Shown piece by piece: positions 8,990 to 19,414 of a DNA stretch of 64,000 bases (its first letter is position 1; every line of letters starts with the position of its first letter). Made by a program: the position numbers and the translations under genes. Below the pieces are notes generated by a model that saw only the letters and a program-made list of their open reading frames with translations, was not told the DNA's origin and did not search any database. Source of the DNA: an uncultured Candidatus Binatia bacterium (GTDB lineage: Bacteria > Desulfobacterota > Binatia > Bin18); NCBI GenBank assembly GCA_965214605.1, contig OZ243961.1, positions 3,392,001 through 3,456,000 on the forward strand, read 5' to 3'.

Positions 8990-9835
8990 TTAGGGTGGAC
9001 CACGTTCCATTTCATCCTCTCCATACTGCCCAAATGACAGAAAGCGAGGGAAAAGGTCAATAGCCTGATCAGAGGCTTTTTTGACCTCCAGAGGGAGAGG
9101 GGCTGGTGAACCACTATTTTTTTGGCTGAGCTTCCGTTCCAGAATGCCGTCGATAATGGTTTCAAGGTTGGTCTGGGAAGTGGTCTTGACCCGAATCCAG
9201 CCATCAAGAATGAAGCCAGGTACGGAATCGAGCTGGTAGCGACGTCCTAAGGCTACACTGCGGGCGACCTCCGCCTTGCCGTCTTCGCCTGCTAGGCGGG
9301 TGAGCAGCAGGTCTGGATCAAGACCGATCCTGTCCGCCACTCGGGCCAGGCCGTCCCGGCTGGTAATATCGAGCTGCTCTTCGAACTGGACCTGAAAGAG
9401 CGCCTGTTGCATCTCTTTGCGGAGACCAAACTCGTCGGCCAAGACGTAGGCACGGGCCGGGATAGAGGATTTTTGGTCGACAATCGGGTAGCTGAGGAAC
9501 TCGACTCGCAAGCGGGTGCCATATTTTTTTTGGAGCTCGGGGATGAGTTGAGTAACCGCTCGGTAGCAGGCCGCGCACAGAAAGTCCTCAAAGACGGTCA
9601 GTCTGACCGAATCCGGCCCAGCCTCCTGGGGGGCACGCCGGACGAAGTCATAGGAACCGGGTATGGAAAAGTAGCGGTCAAGGAGGTCCTCTGCGGCTGA
9701 ACTCAGCTGAGGTAGGCAGAAGACGCTCAGCAGCCCGAGGCCGAGTCCGAGATGTTTCAGCCGCCGCCCTCTCCGGTATGGTCGAGCCGTCTTCATGAAT
9801 GATCGGAGTTTCTTGCGTGGGTGGGAGTGAGTCAT
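8990..9835 (-). CDS. DsbA-family thioredoxin-fold protein
   Basis: FEDFLCAACY (CxxC) and cis-Pro loop SVPGF; export signal present; start uncertain (9835 or 9796). Confidence 0.8.
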   Translation of the reverse strand: MTHSHPRKKLRSFMKTARPYRRGRRLKHLGLGLGLLSVFCLPQLSSAAEDLLDRYFSIPGSYDFVRRAPQEAGPDSVRLTVFEDFLCAACYRAVTQLIPELQKKYGTRLRVEFLSYPIVDQKSSIPARAYVLADEFGLRKEMQQALFQVQFEEQLDITSRDGLARVADRIGLDPDLLLTRLAGEDGKAEVARSVALGRRYQLDSVPGFILDGWIRVKTTSQTNLETIIDGILERKLSQKNSGSPAPLPLEVKKASDQAIDLFPRFLSFGQYGEDEMERGPP

Positions 9836-9946
9836 GCTTGAAGCCCCCCCAGCAGCCCCGCGCAAGAGGCGGACAGGGCACGGGTGGAGCTGGCGCCTAG
9901 GCGTCTGATGAGGGGCGGGCCACATAAAAAAGAACGACGCTGTCCT

Positions 9947-10039
9947 TGTCTGTCTCTGGGTTGGCGGGCTATAGTCACCGTCGTGGCGTCCCCACCTGGT
10001 TTTTGGGGGGTGTTTGTCTCTGCGTTGGCGGGCTATAGT
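9947..10039 (+). repeat. Two 29-bp direct repeats (duplicated promoter-like element) upstream of skp
   Basis: 9947-9975 and 10011-10039 are 27/29 identical and both end in TATAGT; the first copy has TTGTCT 18 bp upstream of its -10-like hexamer. Confidence 0.85.
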
Positions 10040-10079
10040 ACGGAAGTGCTCGTAAGTCTTTGTGTAGGAGGAGGATATC

Positions 10080-10646
10080 ATGCGTCGGCTGTCCTTTGTC
10101 ATGTTGTCAATATTCTTGGCTTTTGCCTTTTTTCTGGTCGCCCTCGGAGGGGCAGCTCAGGAGGAGGGCCAGGACGACCTGAGAAACATCAAAATTGGCT
10201 ACGTCGACCTGGTGCGGGCTATGGCTGAGTGCGAGGCGGGCAAAAAGGCCCAAGACCAACTCAAGAAGGATCTCGAAAAGTCGGAGGCTCGTTTGCGGCA
10301 GCAGAGAGATCGGGTCGAAAAGCTCAAAGAGGAGCTTGAAAAGAAGGGCATGGTCCTCCGTGAAGAAGAACGTGACGCGTTGGGACAGGATTACCGTCAG
10401 AGCCTGCGAGATTTTGAACGACGTTATAAAGATGCCGAGGAAGATCTCAAGATCAAAGATCGCCAGCTGACCAGTCGGATCATGGTGCAGTTGCAGCAGA
10501 TTGTGGCCGAGCTAGGCGAACAAGGCGCATATACGGTTATTTTAGAAGGCAATAACACTGTCGTCTTATATGGCAAGCAAGATATTGATCTGACCGATCA
10601 GGTCATTCAGGAACACAATAAGCGTTTCCCCCAGAAAAGAGGCTAG
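10080..10646 (+). CDS. skp: OmpH/Skp periplasmic chaperone
   Basis: Signal peptide, KIGYVD, long coiled coil, C-terminal IDLTDQVI. Confidence 0.92.
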   Translation: MRRLSFVMLSIFLAFAFFLVALGGAAQEEGQDDLRNIKIGYVDLVRAMAECEAGKKAQDQLKKDLEKSEARLRQQRDRVEKLKEELEKKGMVLREEERDALGQDYRQSLRDFERRYKDAEEDLKIKDRQLTSRIMVQLQQIVAELGEQGAYTVILEGNNTVVLYGKQDIDLTDQVIQEHNKRFPQKRG

Positions 10647-10653
10647 CTCGTTG

Positions 10654-10673
10654 GGGCGGTTTATACACCGCCC
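10654..10673. terminator. Hairpin between convergent skp and acnA
   Basis: GGGCGGT-TTATAC-ACCGCCC. Confidence 0.55.
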
Positions 10674-10681
10674 TCTCTGCT

Positions 10682-13396
10682 CTAGGCCTGGGCAATCAAC
10701 TGTCGCAGCACGTAGTGCAAAATTCCACCCTGCCGATAGTATTCGACTTCTATCGGCGTATCGATCCGGACGCTTACCGTAACGTCTTGACTCTCTCCAC
10801 TCGTCCGGTGAATTGTCAGGGTCGCGTCTTGCTGGGGTCTGAGGTCGTCGGCGATGCCTGTCAGATCAAAGGTCTCACTGCCGTCCAGATTCAGCGCCCC
10901 AACGCTGGTGCCGTCTTTGAACTGACACGGCAACACGCCCATGCCGACCAGGTTACTGCGGTGAATCCGCTCAAAGCTCTGGGCAATCACCGCCCTCACA
11001 CCGAGCAGGGCGGTGCCCTTGGCTGCCCAGTCGCGTGAGCTGCCCGTCCCGTATTCTTGGCCGGCAATCACGACTAGCGGAGTACCGGCGACCTGGTATT
11101 GGACCGCCGCGTCATAGATGTCCATCTGCTGGCCAGGCCCGTTGGCGTAGGACAGGGTCACCCCGCCCTCAGAGCCTGGGACCATCAGGTTTTTAATCCG
11201 GATATTCGCAAACGTTCCCCGGGTCATCACCCGATCATTGCCCCGCCGTGAGCCGTAGCTGTTAAAGTCGGCGACATTGACCCCGTTGTCCTGCAAATAT
11301 TGACCGGCGGGCGAGGTTGGTTTGATCGCCCCGGCCGGACTGATGTGATCGGTGGTCACCGAATCGCCTAACACGGCCAGCGGACGAGCGCCTATAATCG
11401 TGCTGATTGTACCGGGCTCAAGTCCAAACGCCTCAAAGAACGGGGGCTCTTGAATATAGGTCGAAGCTGGGTCCCAGCTGTAGAGATTGCCAGTGGTACT
11501 GCGGATCTCATTCCACAGGGGGTTGTCGGCGTTGAGATCAGCGTACAAATCGCGATACGTCTGGGGCTCGCGTGCGGCCTGGATCAACGCCTGGATTTCT
11601 GAAGAGGTGGGCCACAGATCGCGCAGATAGACCGGCTGCCCATCTTTGCCGTTGCCCAGCGGCTCGGTGTTCAGGTCAATGTCGACCCGACCGGCTAGCG
11701 CAAAGGCCACAACTAGAGGTGGGCTCATCAGAAAGTTGGCTTTAATATTCTGGTGTACCCGCGCCTCAAAGTTGCGATTGCCGCTCAACACGCTGGCGGT
11801 GATAAGGTCGTTTGTGGTCACCGCGGCCTCAATCTCGGGGTCGAGCGGACCTGAATTGCCGATGCAGGTGGTACAGCCGTAGCCGACCAGATAAAAGCCG
11901 AGTTGATTGAGAGAGACCTGCAGGCCGGTTTTTTCCAGATATTCGGTGACGACACGCGAACCTGGGCCTAAAGACGCTTTGACCGTCGGACGGAGCGTTA
12001 AGCCTTTTTCGACCGCTTTTTGGGCCACTAGGCCAGCCGTCAGCATAACGCTCGGGTTTGAGGTGTTCGTGCACGACGTAATGGCCGCAATCAGCACATC
12101 GCCGTGGCCGATATCGCTTGGTCCGCGTGAAGAACCCGAGCCCTTGAGGGGATAACGTTTCCCAAACTCGTCCGGCGACTTGTCATACCCGTTCTCACTC
12201 GCCGGCTTCTGAAACAGCTCGCCAAAGGTCTGTTTCAACTCTGGCAGATTAATCCGATCCTGGGGACGTTTCGGACCGGCCACAGCGGGCTGTACATCGG
12301 CTAGGTCGAGTTCTAAGACCTGACTGTAGGCACACTGATCTTTCCCCGGAATGCCGAACATGTCCTGGGCCTGGAAGTAGCGCCGAAACGCGTCGACCTG
12401 CTCCTCACTTCGACCGGTTGCTTCGAGATAGCGGCAGGTCTCTTCATCGACAGGGAAAAAGCCCATTGTTGCGCCATATTCCGGAGCCATATTGGCAATG
12501 GTGGCGCGGTCGGTCAGTGGCAGCTGAGCAGCACCCTGGCCGTGGAACTCGACAAACTTGCCCACGACTTTTGCCGCCCGCAGCATCTCGGTGCAGTGCA
12601 GCACCAGGTCGGTTGCGGTCACGCCTTCCCGCAACGACCCCGTGAGATGCACCCCTACCACATCCGGGGTAAGAAAGTAGACCGGCTGACCCAGCATGCC
12701 GGCCTCAGCCTCAATGCCGCCAACACCCCAACCGACCACCCCCAGACCGTTGATCATGGTTGTGTGTGAGTCGGTCCCGACCAGCGTATCCGGGTAATAC
12801 ACTCCATCTTTTTCCAGCACTCCCTTAGCCAGGTATTCGAGATTGACCTGGTGCACGATGCCGATACCGGGTGGCACGACTTTAAAGCTGTCAAAGGCTT
12901 GCATACCCCATTTGAGGAATTGATAACGTGCCTGATTGCGCTCAAATTCTTTTTGCATGTTTCGCTGCAGAGCGTTGCCGACCCCGGCATAATCGATCTG
13001 GATCGAGTGGTCGACGACCAGATCGACAGGGACCAGTGGCTCAATCAGTTTCGGGTCTTTGCCCAGCTTGGCAACCGCAGAGCGCATGGCCGCCAGGTCG
13101 ACCAGCAGGGGCACGCCGGTAAAGTCCTGCAAGACAATCCGGGCAACGGTGAACGGAATTTCTGCAGTCCGGGTCTCGTTCGGCTCCCAGCCCGCGACAT
13201 TACGCACGTCGCGCTCCTCAATACGCGTCCCGTCGTAGTTGCGCAGCACCGATTCGAGCACGATGCGGAGGCTGATTGGCAGGCGCGAGATGTGTCCTAG
13301 GCCGTGGTGCTCCAGCTGAGGCAAGGAGTAGAACTGAGCCGTCCGACCGTTTCCCAGCTCGAATGTTTGCACGCTATTAAAAAGATTATGTGGCAT
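10682..13396 (-). CDS. acnA: Aconitate hydratase A
   Basis: Motifs [40 protein letters not shown] and [10 protein letters not shown]. Confidence 0.97.
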   Translation of the reverse strand: MPHNLFNSVQTFELGNGRTAQFYSLPQLEHHGLGHISRLPISLRIVLESVLRNYDGTRIEERDVRNVAGWEPNETRTAEIPFTVARIVLQDFTGVPLLVDLAAMRSAVAKLGKDPKLIEPLVPVDLVVDHSIQIDYAGVGNALQRNMQKEFERNQARYQFLKWGMQAFDSFKVVPPGIGIVHQVNLEYLAKGVLEKDGVYYPDTLVGTDSHTTMINGLGVVGWGVGGIEAEAGMLGQPVYFLTPDVVGVHLTGSLREGVTATDLVLHCTEMLRAAKVVGKFVEFHGQGAAQLPLTDRATIANMAPEYGATMGFFPVDEETCRYLEATGRSEEQVDAFRRYFQAQDMFGIPGKDQCAYSQVLELDLADVQPAVAGPKRPQDRINLPELKQTFGELFQKPASENGYDKSPDEFGKRYPLKGSGSSRGPSDIGHGDVLIAAITSCTNTSNPSVMLTAGLVAQKAVEKGLTLRPTVKASLGPGSRVVTEYLEKTGLQVSLNQLGFYLVGYGCTTCIGNSGPLDPEIEAAVTTNDLITASVLSGNRNFEARVHQNIKANFLMSPPLVVAFALAGRVDIDLNTEPLGNGKDGQPVYLRDLWPTSSEIQALIQAAREPQTYRDLYADLNADNPLWNEIRSTTGNLYSWDPASTYIQEPPFFEAFGLEPGTISTIIGARPLAVLGDSVTTDHISPAGAIKPTSPAGQYLQDNGVNVADFNSYGSRRGNDRVMTRGTFANIRIKNLMVPGSEGGVTLSYANGPGQQMDIYDAAVQYQVAGTPLVVIAGQEYGTGSSRDWAAKGTALLGVRAVIAQSFERIHRSNLVGMGVLPCQFKDGTSVGALNLDGSETFDLTGIADDLRPQQDATLTIHRTSGESQDVTVSVRIDTPIEVEYYRQGGILHYVLRQLIAQA

Positions 13397-13561
13397 GGCT
13401 ATTCCTCTTCTAGACGATGATGCAATACAAGTGGCAAAGCCACCTGAGCTCGGCACGTTTTGTATACGGCTTGGGGGGCAAAAGGCAAGCCGGCGGTCTT
13501 TCCCCCGGTCTGGATTTCGCATACATCAGATCCCAGTGTTGAGCCGCGCGAAGGACGCTTG

Positions 13562-14104
13562 ATGAAAGTCTGTTCTACTGCTCTGCCCGAGGTTCTCGTT
13601 GTTGAACCTGAGGTCTTCCAGGACAAGCGAGGATTTTTCCTGGAAACCTACCACGCCCGGAAGTACGCTGAGATGGGTATTCCTGCGGTCTTTGTCCAGG
13701 ACAATCATTCACGCTCGCAGCACAACACCCTGCGCGGGCTGCACGCTCAAGGTCGGCATCCGCAGGGCAAGCTCGTGCGCGTGATTCAGGGTGAGATCTT
13801 CGATGTTGCGGTTGATATCCGTCCCGTCTCAGCCACATTTGGGCGTTGGGTTGGCGTGTGGCTGTCCGCCCAAAATTTCCGCCAAGTCTATGTGCCGCCC
13901 GGCTTTGCTCACGGCTTTTGCGTGCTCAGCGAGAGTGCCGAGGTGGTCTATAAGTGCACGGACTTCCACGATCCAGCCGACGAAATCGGGATTGTCTGGA
14001 ACGATCCTGAGATTGGTATTGCGTGGCCGGTTGCGGAGCCGATTTTGTCGGACAAGGATCGACGCGCGCCGCGCTTGGCCGAGGTGGTCAAAAGGTTCGG
14101 CTGA
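13562..14104 (+). CDS. rmlC: dTDP-4-dehydrorhamnose 3,5-epimerase
   Basis: Motifs [27 protein letters not shown] and GFAHGF. Confidence 0.96.
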   Translation: MKVCSTALPEVLVVEPEVFQDKRGFFLETYHARKYAEMGIPAVFVQDNHSRSQHNTLRGLHAQGRHPQGKLVRVIQGEIFDVAVDIRPVSATFGRWVGVWLSAQNFRQVYVPPGFAHGFCVLSESAEVVYKCTDFHDPADEIGIVWNDPEIGIAWPVAEPILSDKDRRAPRLAEVVKRFG

Positions 14105-14114
14105 CAGAGCGGGA

Positions 14115-14189
<75 letters not shown>

Positions 14190-14213
14190 TTCTGGAGGGG
14201 CAGATAGAGGGTG

Positions 14214-14286
14214 TGAGCCGACCGGGGCTCGAACCCGGGACCCTCTGCTTAAAAGGCAGATGCTCTACCGACTGAGCTATCGGCTC
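14214..14286 (-). tRNA. tRNA-Lys(TTT)
   Basis: GAGCCGA...TAGCTCAGTCGGTAGAGC, anticodon loop CTTTTAA, GGTTCGAGCCC; no encoded CCA. Confidence 0.96.
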
Positions 14287-14359
14287 GGTCTGGCCAGGAA
14301 CATAGCTGATGACAACAGAGAACTCAAACCCCTGCAGCGAGTTTCCTGTCCGTCTGGCG

Positions 14360-14389
14360 TTGACTTGCTCCTCAGCCGCCTGTTAGCGT
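14360..14389 (+). promoter_or_regulatory. Sigma70-like promoter of gltX
   Basis: TTGACT-18 bp-TAGCGT, ending 6 nt before ATG 14396. Confidence 0.5.
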
Positions 14390-14395
14390 TTGGTT

Positions 14396-15808
14396 ATGAC
14401 AACGGTTCGTTCACGTTTTGCCCCTAGTCCAACCGGTTACCTGCACATCGGCGGCGCGCGCACCGCTCTCTTTGCCTATCTGGCCGCCAAGGAACACGGC
14501 GGCACGTTTGTGCTCCGTATTGACGATACCGATCGGCACCGCTCGACCCCGGAATTTCAGGCCGATATCCTGGACGCGCTGCACTGGCTTGGGCTGGACG
14601 GGGATGAAGGCCCCTATTTGCAGAGCCAACGCACCGCCCTATACCAGGAGGCTGGCGAGCGCCTGCTGCGCCAGGCCAAAGCCTACCGCTGCTACTGTAC
14701 TCCCCAAGAATTACAGACCAAACGCCAAGCCGCCCTGGCCGCGGGTCGCCAGCCGATGTACGATGGAACGTGCCGCAACTCCACCCCTCAGCCCGGCGAC
14801 CGGCGGACGTTTACCATCCGTTTTAAAGGGCCTAGAGGAGGGCAGACGGTCGTTGACGACCTCATCAAGGGGCGGATCGTTTTTCAGAATCAGGAACTGG
14901 ACGATCTAATCTTGGTTCGTTCGGACGGCTCGCCCACCTATAACTTCTGTTCGGTCTTTGACGACGCCGATCTACGGATTAGCCATATTATACGCGGGGA
15001 CGATCATCTGACCAATACCCCGCGCCAAGTCCTGATTTTTCAAGCCCTGGATGCCGCTCCGCCCGCCTTTGCTCACCTGCCCCTGATTCTCGGCCCTGAT
15101 CGCGTTCGGCTCAGTAAACGGCACGGGGCCACTGCAGTGCGGACCTACCGTGAGATGGGCTATCTACCTGAGGCCTTGGTCAATTTTATTGCCCGGCTAG
15201 GCTGGTCATACGGCGATGACGAAGTCTTCTCGCGGGCCGATCTGCTCGACAAGTTCCGTCTTACCGACGTCGGTAAATCGGCCGGAGTGTTTAATGCTGA
15301 GAAACTGGAATGGCTCAATTTTCAGTATCAGCAGGCCCGCCCGTTGGCCCAAATCATCCAAGAGGTGAAACCTTTCCTAGCCGACAAAGGCTATCGTTTG
15401 CCCGACGAAGTGCGGCTCGGGCGGATGCTGAAGACGCTCCAGCCCCGGGCCAAAACCTTGCGGGAGTTGGCGGCGGCGGCGCATTTTTATCTTACCGAGA
15501 AAGTGACCTTTCAGGAAAAGGCGGTCAAAAAATTTCTGACATCAGACGGCTTAGCCCTCCTTGAACAGGTCCGCCACAGGCTCAGCCTTACGCAGGACTG
15601 GACCGAACAAGGCCTACATCTCGTCTTTAGCGGTCTGATGCAAGACCTTGATCTTAAGTTGGGCAAGATTGCTCAACCGGTGCGGGTAGCGTTGACCGGC
15701 GGGACGGCGAGTCCGGGAATTTTTGAGGTCATGGTCGCCCTAGGACAGGACCAAACACTCACCCGTCTGGATACTGCTCTGACGACTCTGGGAGCTGGAA
15801 AAGGGTAG
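14396..15808 (+). CDS. gltX: Glutamate--tRNA ligase
   Basis: RFAPSPTGYLHIGG (HIGH motif), RLSKR (KMSKS motif), CYC zinc site. Confidence 0.97.
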   Translation: MTTVRSRFAPSPTGYLHIGGARTALFAYLAAKEHGGTFVLRIDDTDRHRSTPEFQADILDALHWLGLDGDEGPYLQSQRTALYQEAGERLLRQAKAYRCYCTPQELQTKRQAALAAGRQPMYDGTCRNSTPQPGDRRTFTIRFKGPRGGQTVVDDLIKGRIVFQNQELDDLILVRSDGSPTYNFCSVFDDADLRISHIIRGDDHLTNTPRQVLIFQALDAAPPAFAHLPLILGPDRVRLSKRHGATAVRTYREMGYLPEALVNFIARLGWSYGDDEVFSRADLLDKFRLTDVGKSAGVFNAEKLEWLNFQYQQARPLAQIIQEVKPFLADKGYRLPDEVRLGRMLKTLQPRAKTLRELAAAAHFYLTEKVTFQEKAVKKFLTSDGLALLEQVRHRLSLTQDWTEQGLHLVFSGLMQDLDLKLGKIAQPVRVALTGGTASPGIFEVMVALGQDQTLTRLDTALTTLGAGKG

Positions 15809-15854
15809 GTTTCAGCTTGACTTCAGCCTGTAGGTTCTTTATTTTTTAGACTGT

Positions 15855-15927
15855 TGAGGTGTGGGCTAATTGGTAAGCCACCTGACTCTGGATCAGGCGA
15901 TTGTAGGTTCGAGTCCTACCACCTCAG
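15855..15927 (+). tRNA. tRNA-Gln(CTG)
   Basis: TGAGGTG/CACCTCA acceptor (U1-A72), anticodon loop CTCTGGA; upstream TTGACT-17-TATTTT promoter-like sequence at 15817-15845. Confidence 0.94.
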
Positions 15928-15933
15928 CTCCTG

Positions 15934-16005
15934 GGTCCCATCGTCTAGCGGTTAGGACGCCGGCCTCTCACGTCGGTAGCACGGGTTCGAGTCCCGTTGG
16001 GACCA
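15934..16005 (+). tRNA. tRNA-Glu(CTC)
   Basis: GGTCCCA/TGGGACC acceptor, anticodon loop CTCTCAC, GGTTCGAGTCC. Confidence 0.95.
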
Positions 16006-16162
16006 TCTTCCTAGGGCTTTTTGATACGAGTCCCATCAAAATTTGCCTCCTGGCTCCTCGCCCGCCCTGGTAATCCTCTCCCGCTATGCTAATTGGTAGA
16101 GGAGAGACACTAGAAGGACGAACAGACAACTCGGAACATAACCATTCACCAGTGTTTAGGGG

Positions 16163-18103
16163 ATGGAGATGGATGAGAACAGCAGGCATACCTTTGAACG
16201 ATTGATCAAAGAAGACCGTGAGAACCGCGAGAGGAAGCACTGGAGCGGAACCTTTATCGACTATTTGGAAAAGGTCAGAGAAGACCCTTCTCTCGTTAAG
16301 CACGCCCACGCGCGTATCTACGATATGATCAGGCAGGAGGGGGCGTCGGATATTAACGACACCGATGATCCTCGCATCCGCCATTTATTCAAAGACGAGT
16401 CCCTGAGAGTGTTCAATTTCTTTCGGGAGGAATTCTTCGGAATTGAAGAAGCGCTCGCCGAGATTGTCCGCTACTTTCAATCTGCGGCCATGCGGGGCGA
16501 AGAGAACCGTCAGGTCCTGTATCTGATGGGACCAGTTGGAGCGGGCAAAAGCTCGCTAGTCGAAAAATTGCAACGGGGACTTGAGAGCCTTGATCCGATT
16601 CATACGATTGAGGGTTCTCCGATGTTTGAAGAGCCGCTGCTCTTGATTCCCCGGCATCTGCGTCAAGAGTTTGAAAAAATGCTTGACGTGCGTATTGAGG
16701 GCGACCTGTGTCCGGTGACCCGTTGGCGGCTGCGCGAGGAGTTTGATAACGCCTACGAGAAGATGTCGGTGACCACGGTCGGGTTCTCAAAGCGCAACCG
16801 GCGCGGCATCGGCATTGTGCCGCCGGTCGACCCGAATAACCAAGACACCTCGGTGCTGATCGGCTCGGAAGATATTTCCAAGCTCGACCGCTACTCCGAG
16901 GGCGACCCACGCGTGCTAGAACTCAACGGGGCGTTTAACGTCGGCAACCGGGGCATGGTGGAGTTCATCGAGGTCTTCAAAAACGAGACCGAATACCTGC
17001 ACGCCATGATTACGGCCACCCAGGAGAAGTTTGTTCCCGCCCCAGGTCGTCATGGCACCGTGTACGTAGACACGGTCATTGTCGCTCACTCTAACGAGGC
17101 CGAGTGGCAGAAGTTTAAGGCAGATCATACCAACGAGGCGATTTTAGACCGGATCGTGGTGGTCAAGGTGCCCTATAATCTGCGTCTGTCCGAAGAGGTC
17201 AAGATCTATCAGAAGATGCTGCACAACTCGGACTTTCGGGCTAGCGTCGCGCCGCATACGCTGGAGGTGGCGGCCATGTTCGCCATTCTGTCGCGTCTCG
17301 AACCCTCGGCAAAGTGTGATCTGATGACCAAGCTGCACCTGTACAACGGGGAAGAAGTGGTCGAAAAGGGTCGGACCAAGAAAATCGCGATCAAGGAATT
17401 ACGCGAGGATGCCAAGCGGGAGGGGATGTTCGGGATCTCGACCCGTTTTATCATGAAGGCGCTCGACAACGCGCTGTCCGAAGGAGGCTCGTCGATCAAT
17501 CCGATCACCGTCCGTGAAGCCCTGATCCGGATGGTCAAGGCGATGGACGCTCCGGACGACACCCGCAAACAGTATCTCGAATTCCTGCAGGATGTGATTC
17601 ACAAAGAGTATCTCAAGCTGCTCGAAAAGGAGATCACGAAGGCGTTTGTCTACTCCTATCAGGAACAGGCTGAAACGCTTTTCCAGAACTATCTTGATCA
17701 TGCCGAAGCGTACGTGAACCAGACAAAAGTCATGGATCGCAATACCAGAGAAGAGCTGCTGCCGGATGAGGGTTTTCTGAAGTCTATCGAAGAGCAGATC
17801 GCCATCATCGGCTCGGCCGCCGACGGCTTTCGCCAGGAGGTGATCGCTTATTTGTGGGCCTCGTCACGGCGCGGCGAGCGGGTGACCCACGAAAGTTATG
17901 AGCCGCTCAAGGACGCGATCGAGAAAAAGCTGATGGGCTCGGTCCGGGATATTAGCCGGATTATTACCAAGGCTCGAACCAGAGACCAAGACCAGCAGCA
18001 GAAACACGACGCAATGGTCCAACGGCTGATTGAACTCGGTTACCCTGAGGACAGCGTTGATATCGTGCTGAAGTACGCGGCGAACCATTTGTGGAAGGAC
18101 TGA
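16163..18103 (+). CDS. prkA: PrkA/YeaG-family AAA+ protein (annotated as serine kinase)
   Basis: Walker A GPVGAGKS; motifs DPNNQD, GNRGMVEFIE, AHSNEAE and NEAILDRI. Confidence 0.95.
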   Translation: MEMDENSRHTFERLIKEDRENRERKHWSGTFIDYLEKVREDPSLVKHAHARIYDMIRQEGASDINDTDDPRIRHLFKDESLRVFNFFREEFFGIEEALAEIVRYFQSAAMRGEENRQVLYLMGPVGAGKSSLVEKLQRGLESLDPIHTIEGSPMFEEPLLLIPRHLRQEFEKMLDVRIEGDLCPVTRWRLREEFDNAYEKMSVTTVGFSKRNRRGIGIVPPVDPNNQDTSVLIGSEDISKLDRYSEGDPRVLELNGAFNVGNRGMVEFIEVFKNETEYLHAMITATQEKFVPAPGRHGTVYVDTVIVAHSNEAEWQKFKADHTNEAILDRIVVVKVPYNLRLSEEVKIYQKMLHNSDFRASVAPHTLEVAAMFAILSRLEPSAKCDLMTKLHLYNGEEVVEKGRTKKIAIKELREDAKREGMFGISTRFIMKALDNALSEGGSSINPITVREALIRMVKAMDAPDDTRKQYLEFLQDVIHKEYLKLLEKEITKAFVYSYQEQAETLFQNYLDHAEAYVNQTKVMDRNTREELLPDEGFLKSIEEQIAIIGSAADGFRQEVIAYLWASSRRGERVTHESYEPLKDAIEKKLMGSVRDISRIITKARTRDQDQQQKHDAMVQRLIELGYPEDSVDIVLKYAANHLWKD

Positions 18104-18139
18104 GCCCGTGCATACGTTCACAGGCCGGGGTGGAATACC

Positions 18140-19369
18140 ATGTCAGACACGATCATTCGTCCCTACTCATCCTCTGACTCCTTACGGTCCGACCGAAGCG
18201 CAACAGACCGCCAGCGCCATCGTCAGAAGGTTCGTGAGGCGGTTAGAGAAAATATTGCCGACCTGATTGCCGAGGAGTCCATCATTGGCAAGAACAAGGA
18301 CAAGATCATCAAAGTCCCAATCCGGGGGATGAAGGAGTACCGTTTCATCTATGGCGAAAACATCCCCGGGGTCGGACAGGGGGACGGCAACTCCGAACCC
18401 GGTCAGGTGGTCGGCAAGGCAAATGGCGAAGGGCAGGGGCCGGGCGAAGGGCAGGCTGGGGATCAAGCCGGGGTCGATTATTATGAGACCGATGTGACAC
18501 TCGAAGAGCTGATCGACATCATGTTCGAAGACCTCGAACTGCCCGACCTCGAACGCAAGACCCTACGGGAAATTCCGTCCGAGCGGGTCAGTAAACGCAA
18601 GGGGTTCCGCAAGACAGGGGCGCGGGTCCGGCTTGATAAGCGACGGACGGCGGTGGCCCGGATTCGGCGCAAGGTGGCGGTGATGCGGCGTGATGGTAAA
18701 ACCGACAGGGACCCCGAACAGCGCTTTCCGTTTCACACCGACGATCTGACCTATCGACACCTCGTCGAGGCCAACCGCCCCGACTCAAATGCGGCAGTCG
18801 TGTGCATCATGGATACCTCAGGGTCTATGGATACGATGAAGAAGTATCTGGCCCGCAGTTTCTTTTTTCTCCTCTATCAGTTTGTGAGTACAAAATACGA
18901 CAAGGTTGAGCTCGCCTTTGTGGCGCACCATACCGAGGGTCGGGAGGTGACCGAAGACGAGTTCTTCTACAAAGGCGAGTCGGGCGGGACGTTTATTTCC
19001 TCGGGCTATAATAAGGCGCTCGAGATCATCCAGGAGCGCTACCATCCGAGCCTGTGGAACGTCTACGCGTTTCACTGCTCGGACGGAGACAATTTCGAGT
19101 CCGACAATCCGGCCACGCTCAGAGCCGCCCAACAGCTGTGCGAGATGTGTAACCTGTTTGGCTATGGTGAGATCAAACCCTTGGGCTCGCGTTATTATGA
19201 AAGCTCAATGCTCAATATTTTCCGCCGCCTCGAAGCCGACAACTACCAGACGGTCCTCATCGAACGCAAAGAGGACATTTGGCCGAGTTTTCGGGCCTTC
19301 CTGTCAAAGGAAGAGGGGGAGCGGATGCAGACCAGTGTAAAGTCGGCCGAGGAGCGCGCGGCTGAATAG
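18140..19369 (+). CDS. yeaH: YeaH/YhbH (DUF444) vWA-domain protein
   Basis: MIDAS-like motif MDTSGSM; ESGGT; HCSDGDN; follows prkA. Confidence 0.93.
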   Translation: MSDTIIRPYSSSDSLRSDRSATDRQRHRQKVREAVRENIADLIAEESIIGKNKDKIIKVPIRGMKEYRFIYGENIPGVGQGDGNSEPGQVVGKANGEGQGPGEGQAGDQAGVDYYETDVTLEELIDIMFEDLELPDLERKTLREIPSERVSKRKGFRKTGARVRLDKRRTAVARIRRKVAVMRRDGKTDRDPEQRFPFHTDDLTYRHLVEANRPDSNAAVVCIMDTSGSMDTMKKYLARSFFFLLYQFVSTKYDKVELAFVAHHTEGREVTEDEFFYKGESGGTFISSGYNKALEIIQERYHPSLWNVYAFHCSDGDNFESDNPATLRAAQQLCEMCNLFGYGEIKPLGSRYYESSMLNIFRRLEADNYQTVLIERKEDIWPSFRAFLSKEEGERMQTSVKSAEERAAE

Positions 19370-19414
19370 GGACCGGGGGAAGGTTCTGTCTGCGGCCGCT
19401 GAGCGGGAGAGACT

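Noticed and set aside
9947-10039. Mini-CRISPR (29-bp repeats with a 35-bp spacer)
   Set aside because: Only two repeats, non-palindromic, no cas genes or AT-rich leader, and the repeat looks like a -35/-10 promoter.
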